DNA from: Coriobacteriales bacterium
GTDB taxonomy: Bacteria; Actinomycetota; Coriobacteriia; Coriobacteriales; UMGS124
Assembly (NCBI GenBank): GCA_017515595.1
Contig: JAFWFL010000093.1
Location: 367 to 64,366 of the forward strand
DNA length: 64,000 nt
Direction of reading: 5' to 3'
The notes beneath the pieces are model-generated. The model was not told where the DNA came from. It saw nothing but the letters and a program-made list of their open reading frames with translations, and did no database searches. Shown here piece after piece: positions 28,752 through 39,439 of the stretch (its first letter is position 1; every line of letters starts with the position of its first letter). A program made the position numbers and the translations under genes.

Positions 28752-29660
28752 CTATTCTGCCTCCTCTGAAAGACCGTCAATGTCTGCCAAGGCCACTGAA
28801 AGTTCCTGGATACTGGGAGCTTTGCCATGCCACCCTGCCTGGTCTTCCATAAACGAGACTCCCTTGCCCTTGATGGTATGAAGCACAACCACACAAGGTC
28901 CCTGGGCATAGTCGCGTGCTGCGCACAGAGCCTCATAGCACTCCGGGATACTGTTCCCGTCTTTTACTTCAATAGCGTGCCAGCCAAATGATTCAAACTT
29001 TTGGGCAATATTGCCAAGGCTCACCACGTCAGTAAGGTGTCCGTCAATCTGCAGATTGTTGTTGTCCACAATAGCAATGAGGTTCTTAAGGTTGCGATGC
29101 GCCGCAAACATGGCGGCTTCCCAAACCATACCTTCCTGAAGCTCACCGTCACCCATAAGCACAAATACTTTTTGCGGTTCGCATCCTTTATGTGCTGCAT
29201 CAATACTTAAACCCAAAGCCAAGCCGCTTGCAATCGAGAGGCCCTGGCCCAAAGATCCGGTAGATACTTCTACGCCGGGGCATTTGCGCATATCAGGATG
29301 GCCCTGCAGATGGCTGTCAAGTTTACGCAGGGTCATAAGCCACTCGCGCGGGAAATAACCCTCTCCTGCAAGCGCCGCATAAAGCACAGGCGCCGCATGG
29401 CCTTTTGACAGAATAAACCTGTCACGGGCAGGATTATTTGGCTCCTTGGGGTTGTGGCGCAAAACACCGCCTTTGTAGAGCGTTGCAACGCAATCGCAGG
29501 CAGATAAAGAGCCTCCGGGATGTCCGGACTTTGCTTCTGCAAGCATTGTCACAATATCCCTGCGCATTTGCTTTGCAAATTTCTTTACCTGTGCAACATC
29601 AAACTCGTTGGTAACGCCTAATGCATTTGGCGAACCCATAGCTCTCCCATCTCTAGCCAC
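28752..29660 (-). CDS. transketolase, N-terminal (TPP-binding) subunit
   Basis: SGHPGGSLS, GDGELQEG and SKGHAAP motifs. GTG start at 29660 lies 6 nt after AAGAGG. Confidence 0.9.
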   Translation of the reverse strand: MARDGRAMGSPNALGVTNEFDVAQVKKFAKQMRRDIVTMLAEAKSGHPGGSLSACDCVATLYKGGVLRHNPKEPNNPARDRFILSKGHAAPVLYAALAGEGYFPREWLMTLRKLDSHLQGHPDMRKCPGVEVSTGSLGQGLSIASGLALGLSIDAAHKGCEPQKVFVLMGDGELQEGMVWEAAMFAAHRNLKNLIAIVDNNNLQIDGHLTDVVSLGNIAQKFESFGWHAIEVKDGNSIPECYEALCAARDYAQGPCVVVLHTIKGKGVSFMEDQAGWHGKAPSIQELSVALADIDGLSEEAE

Positions 29661-29682
29661 TTATTGCCTCTTTTCAGAACGA

Positions 29683-30804
29683 TTACGCGTCGTCCTGTGA
29701 TTCCCCTAACACACGCCATCTATGATACGCTATTATGAACGGATCAAGGTCACCGTCTACCAAAACGTCATCAATGTTCGACGTCTCATGGCCGGTGCGT
29801 AAATCTTTTATCATCTGATACGGATAAAGTACATAACTGCGAATCTGATTACCAAACCCTATAGTATGCTTTGGGCCGCGGAGCTCGTCTATTTGTGCTG
29901 CCCGCTTCTCAAGCTCAAGTTCATAAAGACGTGAACGTAAAATCTGCATGGCAGTTGCTTTGTTCTGTAACTGACTGCGCTCGTTTTGGCAGGTTACCAC
30001 TGTCCCTGTGGGCATATGGGTAATACGAACCGCAGAGTCGGTTGTGTTTACTCCCTGCCCACCCGGTCCGCTTGCATGATATACATCTATGCGCAGGTCT
30101 GCCGGGTTGATATCAACCTCAACGTCATCAGGCAATATGGGGAGCACTTCGACGCCGGCAAACGTTGTTTGCCTGCGTTTTTTCTCGTCTGTAGGAGAAA
30201 TTCTCACCAGGCGGTGTACGCCTGCCTCGGCCGCAAGCATTCCGTATGCATCTTTGCCACTCACCGTAAACGTTGCACGGTCGAGGCCTATAACATCTGC
30301 TACCGGGGCATCATTTACCTGGACTTTCCACTTACGACGTTCACAATAGCGCAGGTACATCTTAAAGAGCATCTCAGTCCAGTCCTGCGCTTCAAGACCG
30401 CCCTGGCCGGGCTTTACGGTAACAATGGCGTCTCCGTGATCAAACTTGCCGGTAAACCAGCTCGAAAGCTCAAGCTGGTCAAGCATGGCCACAAGTCCGT
30501 TATAGGTTTGCCGGGCATACTCTGCCGTCTCTTGATCATCAGTTTCCACGGCAAGCTCATCTGCACTCATTGCTTCTTCTAATACCGCAAAAGCATCATC
30601 ATATGAGCTTATGTCATCACGCAAGCGGGCAATCTCGGACATAACGCCTTGTGCGGCAGCCTGGTCATCCCAAAAACCGGGTTCAGCCGTGGCGCTCTCC
30701 AGCTGAGCCTGACGGTCGCGTTTTGCATCAATAGCAAGATATTTACGAATCTCCAGAAGCCTTGCCTCGGCAGTTTGAAGTTGGTCAGACAGGGTCTCTA
30801 TCAT
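29683..30804 (-). CDS. prfB: peptide chain release factor 2
   Basis: SPF tripeptide-region homolog and GGQ motif (SGPGGQGVNTTDSAVR). A single uninterrupted 373-codon frame. Confidence 0.95.
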   Translation of the reverse strand: MIETLSDQLQTAEARLLEIRKYLAIDAKRDRQAQLESATAEPGFWDDQAAAQGVMSEIARLRDDISSYDDAFAVLEEAMSADELAVETDDQETAEYARQTYNGLVAMLDQLELSSWFTGKFDHGDAIVTVKPGQGGLEAQDWTEMLFKMYLRYCERRKWKVQVNDAPVADVIGLDRATFTVSGKDAYGMLAAEAGVHRLVRISPTDEKKRRQTTFAGVEVLPILPDDVEVDINPADLRIDVYHASGPGGQGVNTTDSAVRITHMPTGTVVTCQNERSQLQNKATAMQILRSRLYELELEKRAAQIDELRGPKHTIGFGNQIRSYVLYPYQMIKDLRTGHETSNIDDVLVDGDLDPFIIAYHRWRVLGESQDDA

Positions 30805-30809
30805 AAAAA

Positions 30810-33608
30810 CTACACGTTCCTCCCGTGACAGTTTTTAAATTTTTTACCGCTTCCGCAGGGACATTTGTCATTGCGTCCAACTCCGGCATACGGGTCGTGC
30901 TCGGCAGCAATATAGGTCCTCGCCTTGCCTCCGGCTGCTTCCGCAGCGCCTGCCGCATTCACGGCTCCGGCTCCCGCTGCAGCTGCCTGGACTGCTTTGT
31001 TGTTACGCATTGCTGAACGCAATGTTGAATTCCCGGCATCTCCGTCGACCTCTGCCGGACCCGAGAAGTGCGCGCCGGCCAAAGGAGAAGCCGACTGAGG
31101 CATAGCCTGCGGACTTACCTGCTGAGGATTTGCAAGCTCAATGCGCAGTACGGTGCGCAAAAAGTCCTCGTACATGGCGCTTACCAAACCGCCAAACGCA
31201 CGGTACGCTTCTTCTTTGTACTCAACCAGCGGGTCGCGCTGGCCATAGCCACGCAGACCAATACCCTGCTTGAGGTAGTCCATCTCCTGCAGATAGTTCA
31301 TCCAACGGGTATCAATAACCCTGAGCATAACCTGGCGCTCAAGCATGCTCGTGACCTTCTCGCCCAAGGCTTCTGTCTTTGCCTGATAGGTGTCTTTTAC
31401 AAAGTTATATACCGCGTCGGTAACTTCTGTAGGATCCTCAGTGGCAAACGACTCATCAGCTTTAAACGTATCTTTGCCGGTAAGCTGCTGTACCCATGAT
31501 TCAAGACCGGCGGCATCCCAGTCTTCTGCCTCAATAGCTCCGCTGGCGTAGTTTGCAACCTCATTCTCGACGGTATCGTGCATAACCTCGTCTATGTGCT
31601 CCGAGAGATCCTTGCCGTCGAGAATCTGATTGCGTTCGTTATAAATAACCGTACGCTGTTTGTTCATAACGTCGTCATATTCAAGAACATGTTTACGCGC
31701 CGAGAAGTTCAGGTCTTCTACCTTGCGCTGGGCGCTCTCTACCGACTTGGTAATGAGTTTTGCCTGAATGGGCATGTCCTCAGGCATATTCATGCGATGC
31801 ATGAGCGCCGAAATAGAGTCCATGCGGTCGCCGCCAAAAAGACGCATAAGATCATCTTCGAGCGACAGGTAGAACTGGGTCTCGCCCGGATCACCCTGAC
31901 GGCCTGAACGGCCGCGCAACTGGTTGTCAATGCGTCGCGACTCATGTCGCTCGGTACCAATAACGCAGAGACCTCCTGCCGCGACCACGTCTTTGCGCTC
32001 TGACGCGCAAATGGCACGGGCTTCTTCAAGCGCTGCCTTGTGGTAGACTTCATCAGCTTCATCAGGGTCAATGCCACGGTCGCGCATAATGTCGAGGGCG
32101 AGAAACTCGGGGTTTCCGCCTAACAGAATGTCGGTACCACGGCCTGCCATGTTGGTTGCGATAGTAACTGCGCCTTTGCGGCCTGCCTGAGCAACAATGG
32201 CTGCTTCACGCTCATGATGCTTGGCGTTTAATACTTCATGTTTGATACCGCGTTTATCGAGCATACGCGAGAGTTTCTCGGAGCTCTCAATGGCTACGGT
32301 ACCCACGAGCACGGGCTGGCCTTTTGCATGACGCTCAATAACGTCTTCTACAACAGCGCTGAATTTGGTATCAACCGTGCGATATACCAGGTCATCATTG
32401 TCTATACGAATAACCGGCTTGTTGGGCGGGATGGGTTGCACCGGAAGCTTATAAATCTCACGGAACTCGGCATCCTCGGTAAGAGCGGTACCGGTCATAC
32501 CCGAGAGCTTTTTGTACAGACGGAAGTAATTCTGAAGCGTAATGGTAGCAAGCGTCTGGTTTTCTTCGCGTACAAGAAGACCTTCCTTGGCCTCAACTGC
32601 CTGGTGCAAACCTTCTGACCAGCGGCGTCCTTCCATGGCACGGCCGGTGAACTCGTCAACAATCTTAATTTCGCCGTCTTGTATCATGTAATCTTTGTCT
32701 TTATGGTACATAAACTGGGCTTTAAGAGCCTGTTGCAGGTGGTTGACCAGCTGTCCGCTCATGTCATCATAAATATTATCGATACCCGTGAGTTCCTCGA
32801 CTTTGCGCAAACCCACTTCGGTTGCTGCGATGGTGTGCTTTGCCTCGTCCATCTCAAAGTCTACGCCTTCACGAAGACCCTTAACGGCACGGGCGAATTT
32901 TTGATATGCCTCTCCCGAGCGTGTTCCCGCACCGGAAATAATAAGCGGCGTACGCGCTTCATCAATAAGAATCGAGTCGACCTCGTCCACAACAGCAAAA
33001 GCATGACCGCGTTGCATACGATCCTCGGCACGACTTACCATATTGTCGCGCAAATAGTCAAAACCAAACTCAGTGTTGGTACCATAAGTAATATCTGCGT
33101 TATAAGCGGGTCGCTTCTCGTTAATGCGCATACCGTTTTGCAAGAGACCAACCGTCATTCCCAAAGCACCATATGGACGCGACATTTGCTCGGAGTCACG
33201 CTTTGCGAGATAGTCGTTAACGGTAACAATATGTACACCCTCACCACCGAGTGCATTGAGGTATCCGGCAAGATTTGCAACGATAGTTTTACCTTCACCG
33301 GTTTTCATCTCGGCAATCATGCCCGAGTGAAGCGCAATGCCGCCCACCAGCTGTACGTCAAAATGACGCAAACCCAGAGTACGCCTGCTTGCTTCGCGCA
33401 TGGCGGCAAATGCTTCAAACAAAATGTCATCGAGTGATTCACCGCGATCCAAGCGCTCCCTGAAAGCAGGAGTACAAGCTTTGAGCTCGTCTTCACTCAT
33501 AGCAACATAGGTTGGCTCAAGTTCGTTTATGCGTTCAGCCATTTTTTGAAAGCGCCTGAGTTCTTTGTCGGCGCCAAAAGAAAGAAGCCTCGTAAGAAAA
33601 TTTGGCAT
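30810..33608 (-). CDS. secA: preprotein translocase ATPase SecA
   Basis: DEAD-like motor motifs (MKTGEGKT, VDEVDSILIDEARTPLIISG). C-terminal zinc finger CPCGSGKKFKNCHG. Confidence 0.95.
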   Translation of the reverse strand: MPNFLTRLLSFGADKELRRFQKMAERINELEPTYVAMSEDELKACTPAFRERLDRGESLDDILFEAFAAMREASRRTLGLRHFDVQLVGGIALHSGMIAEMKTGEGKTIVANLAGYLNALGGEGVHIVTVNDYLAKRDSEQMSRPYGALGMTVGLLQNGMRINEKRPAYNADITYGTNTEFGFDYLRDNMVSRAEDRMQRGHAFAVVDEVDSILIDEARTPLIISGAGTRSGEAYQKFARAVKGLREGVDFEMDEAKHTIAATEVGLRKVEELTGIDNIYDDMSGQLVNHLQQALKAQFMYHKDKDYMIQDGEIKIVDEFTGRAMEGRRWSEGLHQAVEAKEGLLVREENQTLATITLQNYFRLYKKLSGMTGTALTEDAEFREIYKLPVQPIPPNKPVIRIDNDDLVYRTVDTKFSAVVEDVIERHAKGQPVLVGTVAIESSEKLSRMLDKRGIKHEVLNAKHHEREAAIVAQAGRKGAVTIATNMAGRGTDILLGGNPEFLALDIMRDRGIDPDEADEVYHKAALEEARAICASERKDVVAAGGLCVIGTERHESRRIDNQLRGRSGRQGDPGETQFYLSLEDDLMRLFGGDRMDSISALMHRMNMPEDMPIQAKLITKSVESAQRKVEDLNFSARKHVLEYDDVMNKQRTVIYNERNQILDGKDLSEHIDEVMHDTVENEVANYASGAIEAEDWDAAGLESWVQQLTGKDTFKADESFATEDPTEVTDAVYNFVKDTYQAKTEALGEKVTSMLERQVMLRVIDTRWMNYLQEMDYLKQGIGLRGYGQRDPLVEYKEEAYRAFGGLVSAMYEDFLRTVLRIELANPQQVSPQAMPQSASPLAGAHFSGPAEVDGDAGNSTLRSAMRNNKAVQAAAAGAGAVNAAGAAEAAGGKARTYIAAEHDPYAGVGRNDKCPCGSGKKFKNCHGRNV

Positions 33609-33786
33609 GATATCCTAACTGTGTTTAACACCCCAGCAAACAAGTGGGGTAGCCGTTCTTAAACCGTAAATATAAGAAACGGCAATCTGACAGACAGATA
33701 AACTTTACCACACTCCGGGCTTCCTAAAACACATAGCGCACGCAAAACTAGAGGAATAGCAAAGCTCCCATACTCTTATATAGAAT

Positions 33787-36700
33787 TCATTCCTTTGAAA
33801 TGCATAATTCCTTTAATTCCTCGGACGATTCAGGTGAATAATCTTGGGTAACCGTCTCGCTGCCTGGCGATTTATCAGACTTTTGGTCAGCAAAATGCGT
33901 CAGCTCAAGCGCTTTATAGTACACAACATCAACATCAGCATAACTCGAAGACACCTTTTTTGCAGCGCGGGCAAAATAAAGAGCCGTTGAACCCTCCTTA
34001 GCTGCAAGCGCTTTTTGTGCAGCCATTAGCATACACTCAATATATAAATCTCTTAGTTCGTTCAGACGCTCCAAAACAACCTCCGCGATTAGGCCTGAAC
34101 AAATACATGGACCGGTTTTATAAATTCCTATAAGATTTGTACACATGGCAATTGCCGTTTTTAAGTCAAGCATGGCGTTATTCGCAAGAATATCACGAGC
34201 CAGATGTTCAAATTCGGCAACATCGGTCACTGTAAGCGCGGGATTTAAACTAAGCATGTTACTGATACTGATTATATATTCCGGGCCACCGTCAGTTTGT
34301 CCTAACGTATGCCGCAAACAAGAGAGGGCCGTACTCAGCGCATTGGATGTAGGGTTGCTGTTCTTTTCTGGCCAAAGTGCTTTAAGCAAGCTTTTTCGCG
34401 TGAGTGATCTGTCATAGAACAGCGCAAGGATGGTAAGCAGCATCCTTGAAGACTTTCTGTTCCACTCCTGGTCATTTATGATGTGCCCGTTCTTCTCGAC
34501 AGTAACCGCTCCGAATACTTCAATTTTGAATAACCCCTTTTTGCTTGGCGCTTCTGCCCAAAACTCTGCCGGCCTTTCTGATTTAGAACTTATTCCGTGC
34601 AAAGCCATTCCCCAACTTGGCCATGTTGAAAAGAAAGAATGAGTCCCCTGAGTTACAATACTTTTTGCGGGCTCAGGAAGGCACTTGATAAATATATCTG
34701 CAAAGGGACCTAAGCACCTGGCTGTGCATACAAGAAGTCTGCAGAGCCTGGAATCCATATTAAGAATCAGAGGATGTATGATAGTCTCAGCACGGGATTG
34801 CTCGTTACTCATCGCATACAAGAGACAAAGCTCAACTTCAAGTGCGGCGGGACTATGCGGATACAAAGCGCTTCTTTGCAACTCTGCATCGAGCAGCCGG
34901 GCATCTGTATTATAAGAATTTCTTGTTCGCACAATTGCTATAGATTCGAGCAGGCGCATGTAAGGCACGAGTCCTCGAGCGCCAATGCGTTCTATGAGGA
35001 CCTTTGCGCCTACAGTATGTGATTGTGCCTGAGAAACTCCGCCTAGCGCCAAGGTGCACCAGCAGTTACCCATCGCACCAAGCAATTGCCCCACAGAATT
35101 GTTCCTGGCAGCCCAATAACCAACAAGATAGTCAAGATGTATATGCGCCTCAGCTTCTTTGCCACTCAGCATGAGAGCAAAACCTTGGTTAAAACGCGCT
35201 GCTGCAATACCCGGAGGGATCTTGCACATCTCAAAGAACGCGGTATAGGCTGCCAGCTCACTCAGATAGCCCTCAATAGTATCACTTACATCAGGGAGCT
35301 CAATCATCAGCTGGGCCAATGCCAAGTCACTGCTCAGCAGCGCATCGGCACAGTCGAGCACAATAGTAGGCTCATCACGTTTATTTCGCAGAAATGCTCC
35401 CAAAGTTGATAAACGCTGATAAACAGCCATAGTACATCCGCAAAGTAAACCACATCTATAAGCATGATGAATATAAATCGCATCATCAAGCCGTATCCGG
35501 GCAGCATCAACAAAGCTCATAAACTCCTCAAAAAGGCTCATAAAAAGTACGGAATCATTGTTGAGAGCAGCCCGGGTCATTGATATACATAACTGGGAAC
35601 GCTTTTCTTCTGTACTCATGTATGGCTTTTGTTTAAGTAAAGGTTCTGCACTGAGATTCCAGAGATCTGACAAGCTGTTTTGAACTGTAAGCAATGCCTT
35701 GAGAATAGCATTGCCATAAACCAACTGCTGTGCCATGTGTTCATCAGCGCACATACTTTGCTTAAAATCCAATGCAACAACACCATGTGCATTATTTTTC
35801 ATTATCTTCTCAATGCGTGACAAAAGATCATGGCTCATGGCCGTCGACTCTGAGGCAAATCTCTCGTAACCCTTATTTTGCGGATGCAATACGTGCTGCT
35901 GGATCAGCGTTCTCTTGCCCGCTTCAATAAAAGAAGCCGGATTCCTGGAAATAGCATTATAAGCATCGCGGCTTCCCATAAGCATAACTATTTCGCTCGC
36001 TTGTGTTATCCTGTTTTGCTCAGCAAGATAGTCAACAAGATGAAGCGCGAATCCATCTTCTGCTCTGATGAGAGGTATCAAAATATCCCGGCATACATAA
36101 AACGAATACGGCAAACACTCGAAAGTTCCTTGAGCTGCATTAACACCCAAAAATGCAAATTCCGTCTCAAGCAAGCCCATACTGTGAGCAGAGATTGAAA
36201 TATCGAGTGCCAAAAGATCTTGAAATGTACCGGTTTGCATGAGTACCATTGCTGTTTTGATACGCTCTGTATGCTGGTCGGTACGTTCTAACAAACAAGC
36301 TTCCATACATGTGCGTAAAGCTGTCTGATAGCACGTATTATTAAGAACGGATGCTGAGTTTTGTGTGCGGCGTAATACATTAATCATAAGAGGGATGCCA
36401 TGGGAATACCTGAACAGATCAATATCATTGGGAAGTTGCAATTTATCTATCCAGGTTTCTGCTTCTATAGGAGAAACTCTCAGCGTCAATCCACCCATAT
36501 GAAAAAACTCTCTCAGGTAAAGCGAGGTATTTGTCCTCAAATCAGAGGCAATCACAATTTTCGCACCTCCCTCTGTCCAAAGGCGCAACGCTTCTTTAAA
36601 ACTCTCTATGTTGTCTTCCAAAGAAAATGAGAAATTATCAATAAGAATAAGCGGAGACATCCTGATAGCGCGTGCATGATGCATGTTCTCCGCAAAGAGA

Positions 36701-37179
36701 GAAGCCCATGCGGTTGCAGCACAGCTTATATGAAGCCAAATGAGACGGGCCGCACGACTGGTATAATGCATCCGTACGGGCGGAAGAGTAAGACGGATTC
36801 GTTTTACGGGTATTTCTGCTTGCGGTTCCTGGTCTTGAACCACCGTATTGCTGTTTGTTGAAGATGCTTTTTGTGCATTGCGTTTAGCCCGAAGCTGACG
36901 GAGCAGACACTCTTCAAGTAACCCCGGTCTTCCCATGAGATACGCTTCTGATTCTACAGATGCTGCGTCTATTCTCACAATAACACGTTTTGAACGCTCC
37001 TGGCGAGCATTGCGGGCAATCTCATGCAGTAACATAGTTTTACCCATACCTGCTACACCGCCAATAAAAACAATGCTCTCTCGGTTAAGCTTATCTTCAA
37101 TAATACTCGTCAACAAAACTCGTTCCACGTGAGAATGATCACTGTTTCTATAGCGTTTTGCATAGCTGCGTTTTGCCAT
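33787..37179 (-). CDS. P-loop NTPase (STAND/MalT-like) with long helical-repeat middle and C-terminal SARP-type wHTH + BTAD domain; putative transcriptional regulator
   Basis: Walker A GGVAGMGKT and Walker B-like LILIDNF. The C-terminus FKIEVFGAVTVEKNGHII...WNRKSSRMLLTILALFYDRSLTRKSLLKALWPE...LSCLRHTLG fits an OmpR/SARP winged helix, followed by a BTAD-like helical region. AGGGAGGG lies 7 nt before the ATG at 37179. AT-rich gene. Confidence 0.7.
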   Translation of the reverse strand: MAKRSYAKRYRNSDHSHVERVLLTSIIEDKLNRESIVFIGGVAGMGKTMLLHEIARNARQERSKRVIVRIDAASVESEAYLMGRPGLLEECLLRQLRAKRNAQKASSTNSNTVVQDQEPQAEIPVKRIRLTLPPVRMHYTSRAARLIWLHISCAATAWASLFAENMHHARAIRMSPLILIDNFSFSLEDNIESFKEALRLWTEGGAKIVIASDLRTNTSLYLREFFHMGGLTLRVSPIEAETWIDKLQLPNDIDLFRYSHGIPLMINVLRRTQNSASVLNNTCYQTALRTCMEACLLERTDQHTERIKTAMVLMQTGTFQDLLALDISISAHSMGLLETEFAFLGVNAAQGTFECLPYSFYVCRDILIPLIRAEDGFALHLVDYLAEQNRITQASEIVMLMGSRDAYNAISRNPASFIEAGKRTLIQQHVLHPQNKGYERFASESTAMSHDLLSRIEKIMKNNAHGVVALDFKQSMCADEHMAQQLVYGNAILKALLTVQNSLSDLWNLSAEPLLKQKPYMSTEEKRSQLCISMTRAALNNDSVLFMSLFEEFMSFVDAARIRLDDAIYIHHAYRCGLLCGCTMAVYQRLSTLGAFLRNKRDEPTIVLDCADALLSSDLALAQLMIELPDVSDTIEGYLSELAAYTAFFEMCKIPPGIAAARFNQGFALMLSGKEAEAHIHLDYLVGYWAARNNSVGQLLGAMGNCWCTLALGGVSQAQSHTVGAKVLIERIGARGLVPYMRLLESIAIVRTRNSYNTDARLLDAELQRSALYPHSPAALEVELCLLYAMSNEQSRAETIIHPLILNMDSRLCRLLVCTARCLGPFADIFIKCLPEPAKSIVTQGTHSFFSTWPSWGMALHGISSKSERPAEFWAEAPSKKGLFKIEVFGAVTVEKNGHIINDQEWNRKSSRMLLTILALFYDRSLTRKSLLKALWPEKNSNPTSNALSTALSCLRHTLGQTDGGPEYIISISNMLSLNPALTVTDVAEFEHLARDILANNAMLDLKTAIAMCTNLIGIYKTGPCICSGLIAEVVLERLNELRDLYIECMLMAAQKALAAKEGSTALYFARAAKKVSSSYADVDVVYYKALELTHFADQKSDKSPGSETVTQDYSPESSEELKELCISKE

Positions 37180-37624
37180 GAATGATCCCTCCCTTTTTGC
37201 CCCATGCGCATATTTTTCGCTCAGCATACAAAGTAACATGAATAGTGTTCATTTTTTTATACATGTTTTGATCAATTATTTCGTATATGTTAACCAAAAA
37301 TACTAACGATTATAATGACTGGTATAATGCATTGTTTATGGGGTGTGCGATTCCTGTAAATATTGATTCAATCGATGAGCGGTAAAACGTTTACATTTTC
37401 TAATTTTATTAACTCTATATTTAATTCATATTTCTTAAGCTTTGCTATCATATTGTTAGCTTATTAATGATGCATCTTATAGTTGAATAGCTCATGCTGT
37501 TTCCGTAAACCGCTATTATATTTTTGAACAGACTGGCGGTTTTTTTCTTTTAAATCTTCCCTTGATAACATTGTTATACAATAGATATCACATTTGCTTC
37601 CTGTTTTCAAAGGCGGTTGGATAC

Positions 37625-38884
37625 GTGGACCTTAGTACAAGGCATTCTTCTTGTTCATCTCTTGAACTTCTATCACCCGCAGGCGGCTGGGAACAGCTGC
37701 GATACGCGGTGTGGTATGGCGCAAATGCTGTTTATCTTGCAACCGAACAATTTGGAATGCGCAAACGCGCGTCAAATTTTAAGATGGAAGAATTACCCAG
37801 TGTTGTGGCATTTGCTCATGAGCATGGCGTAAAAGTGCATTTGGCTTGCAATATTGTGATGCACAACAGCGATATTGCACAGCTCCCGCCCTATCTCAAA
37901 GCGGCAGATGCCGCGGGCGTTGATGCGCTTATTATCAGCGATCTGGGTGCGTTTACCCTGGCCAAACAATATGCCCCTCATGCTGATCTCCATGTAAGCA
38001 CTCAGGCCAGTATTGCAAACAGTCAAGCCGCATGTGCCTGGTACAACCTTGGCGCCAAACGCATTGTCTGTGCGCGCGAAATGAGCGTAGCTCAAATTGC
38101 CGAGCTCAGGGCCAATACCCCCCAAGACCTTGAGATAGAGGTATTTGCCCATGGCTCAATGTGTATGGCCTACGCAGGAAGATGTCTTATAAGCGATTAC
38201 CTCACCGGACGCAGCGCCAATAACGGTCACTGTACCCAGGCTTGTCGTTGGGCCTGGAGCCTCCATGAACCGTCCCGCCCGGGACAGGACTTCCCGGTAG
38301 AAGAAGACGAAGACGCTACGTACATCTTTAACTCATGCGATCTCAATATGCTTGCTCACCTGGATGATCTTGCACAGGCAGGCGTGATGAGCATAAAGCT
38401 CGAAGGCCGGGGCCGTAAAGCCTATTATGTAGCCGCTGTCACAAACGCATACCGGCGCGTCATAGACGGAGAAGATCCCGCTCTTGTGGAAATTGAACTG
38501 GAAACAGTATCGCATCATCCCTATTCAACCGGATTCTTTTACGGGCCCGCACATCAAGCGCCGTACTCTGACGCCGCATCAAGCGATTGGCTCTGGGTTG
38601 CCGCTGTAGATTCATGCAAACCGCTGGCAAATATGCCCGGTTATTGGGAAGCAGATGTAACGGCACGCAATCGCTTTGACATCTCAACTCCTTTGGAATT
38701 GCTCTCACCCGGCAAAGCAGCAGCTAAACTCAGCATCTCAAACCTCAGGCTCATTGTATCGAGCTCTGACGGCAACGAGCAGCAACTACCCACAGATACC
38801 GCCAATCGCCAAATGGACCACTATCGCTTTATTTGCAACCAAGAATTGCATGAACACGATATTATCCGTACCAAAAAAGAATAA
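37625..38884 (+). CDS. peptidase U32 family protein
   Basis: LELLSPAGG..., GANAVYL, HVSTQASI and a Cys-rich segment (CMAYAGRCLISDY...GHCTQACRW) typical of the U32 family. The start is uncertain (GTG 37625 after AAGGCGG, versus TTG 37562 in the ORF track). Confidence 0.75.
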   Translation: MDLSTRHSSCSSLELLSPAGGWEQLRYAVWYGANAVYLATEQFGMRKRASNFKMEELPSVVAFAHEHGVKVHLACNIVMHNSDIAQLPPYLKAADAAGVDALIISDLGAFTLAKQYAPHADLHVSTQASIANSQAACAWYNLGAKRIVCAREMSVAQIAELRANTPQDLEIEVFAHGSMCMAYAGRCLISDYLTGRSANNGHCTQACRWAWSLHEPSRPGQDFPVEEDEDATYIFNSCDLNMLAHLDDLAQAGVMSIKLEGRGRKAYYVAAVTNAYRRVIDGEDPALVEIELETVSHHPYSTGFFYGPAHQAPYSDAASSDWLWVAAVDSCKPLANMPGYWEADVTARNRFDISTPLELLSPGKAAAKLSISNLRLIVSSSDGNEQQLPTDTANRQMDHYRFICNQELHEHDIIRTKKE

Positions 38885-38936
38885 GACCGAGGGCCAAAAC
38901 ATAGAACAAAGTGTATGTTTTGGCCCTCGGTCTTAT
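38881..38936. terminator. bidirectional terminator, 23-bp perfect stem
   Basis: ATAAGACCGAGGGCCAAAACATA / TATGTTTTGGCCCTCGGTCTTAT. The left arm includes the U32 stop codon. Lies between convergent genes. Confidence 0.75.
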
Positions 38937-38949
38937 CTTATGTATATAC

Positions 38950-39420
38950 TTATATGTCAAGAATCAGTTGGCGGTAGTTGATGCCGCAGCGGTTAAGAAC
39001 GGCTTTTGAGACTTCATTACCGGGAGTGCCGGCATATTTGTTGCTCAGATAAACCACCTCGGCTATGCCTGCCTGAGCAAGAACTTTAGCGCACTCCTGG
39101 CAGGGAAAGAGTGTTACATAAACGGTGGCGCCTTCAAGATCACGCAAAGAACCGCGGTAATTGAGGATCGCGTTTGTCTCGGCATGAATTACATAGCTGT
39201 GCTTGTCGAGCAGCGGGTCTTCTGAGTCCTGCCACGGGAAGTCATCGTCATTCATACGCGACGGGGTTCCGTTGTATCCTACCGAGAGAATACGCTGGTC
39301 GGTTCCGGCGATACATGCACCAACCTGAGTTTTTGGGTCTTTGCTGCGCAGGCTTGCGGCTATGGCAACGCGCATAAAAAATTCGTCCCAGGATATTACA
39401 TTTGTTCTTTTTCCGGGCAT
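38950..39420 (-). CDS. deoxycytidylate (dCMP) deaminase
   Basis: Zinc-deaminase motifs HAETNAI and PCQECAKVLAQAGI. Confidence 0.85.
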   Translation of the reverse strand: MPGKRTNVISWDEFFMRVAIAASLRSKDPKTQVGACIAGTDQRILSVGYNGTPSRMNDDDFPWQDSEDPLLDKHSYVIHAETNAILNYRGSLRDLEGATVYVTLFPCQECAKVLAQAGIAEVVYLSNKYAGTPGNEVSKAVLNRCGINYRQLILDI

Positions 39421-39439
39421 TACGTGCTCCTTTTACCGG

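Noticed and set aside
29683-30804. Programmed +1 frameshift site expected in prfB
   Set aside because: The RF2 gene is a single uninterrupted 373-codon frame from MIETLS... to the stop. There is no in-frame UGA near codon 25, so this genome uses a non-frameshifted prfB. That is unremarkable for many lineages.
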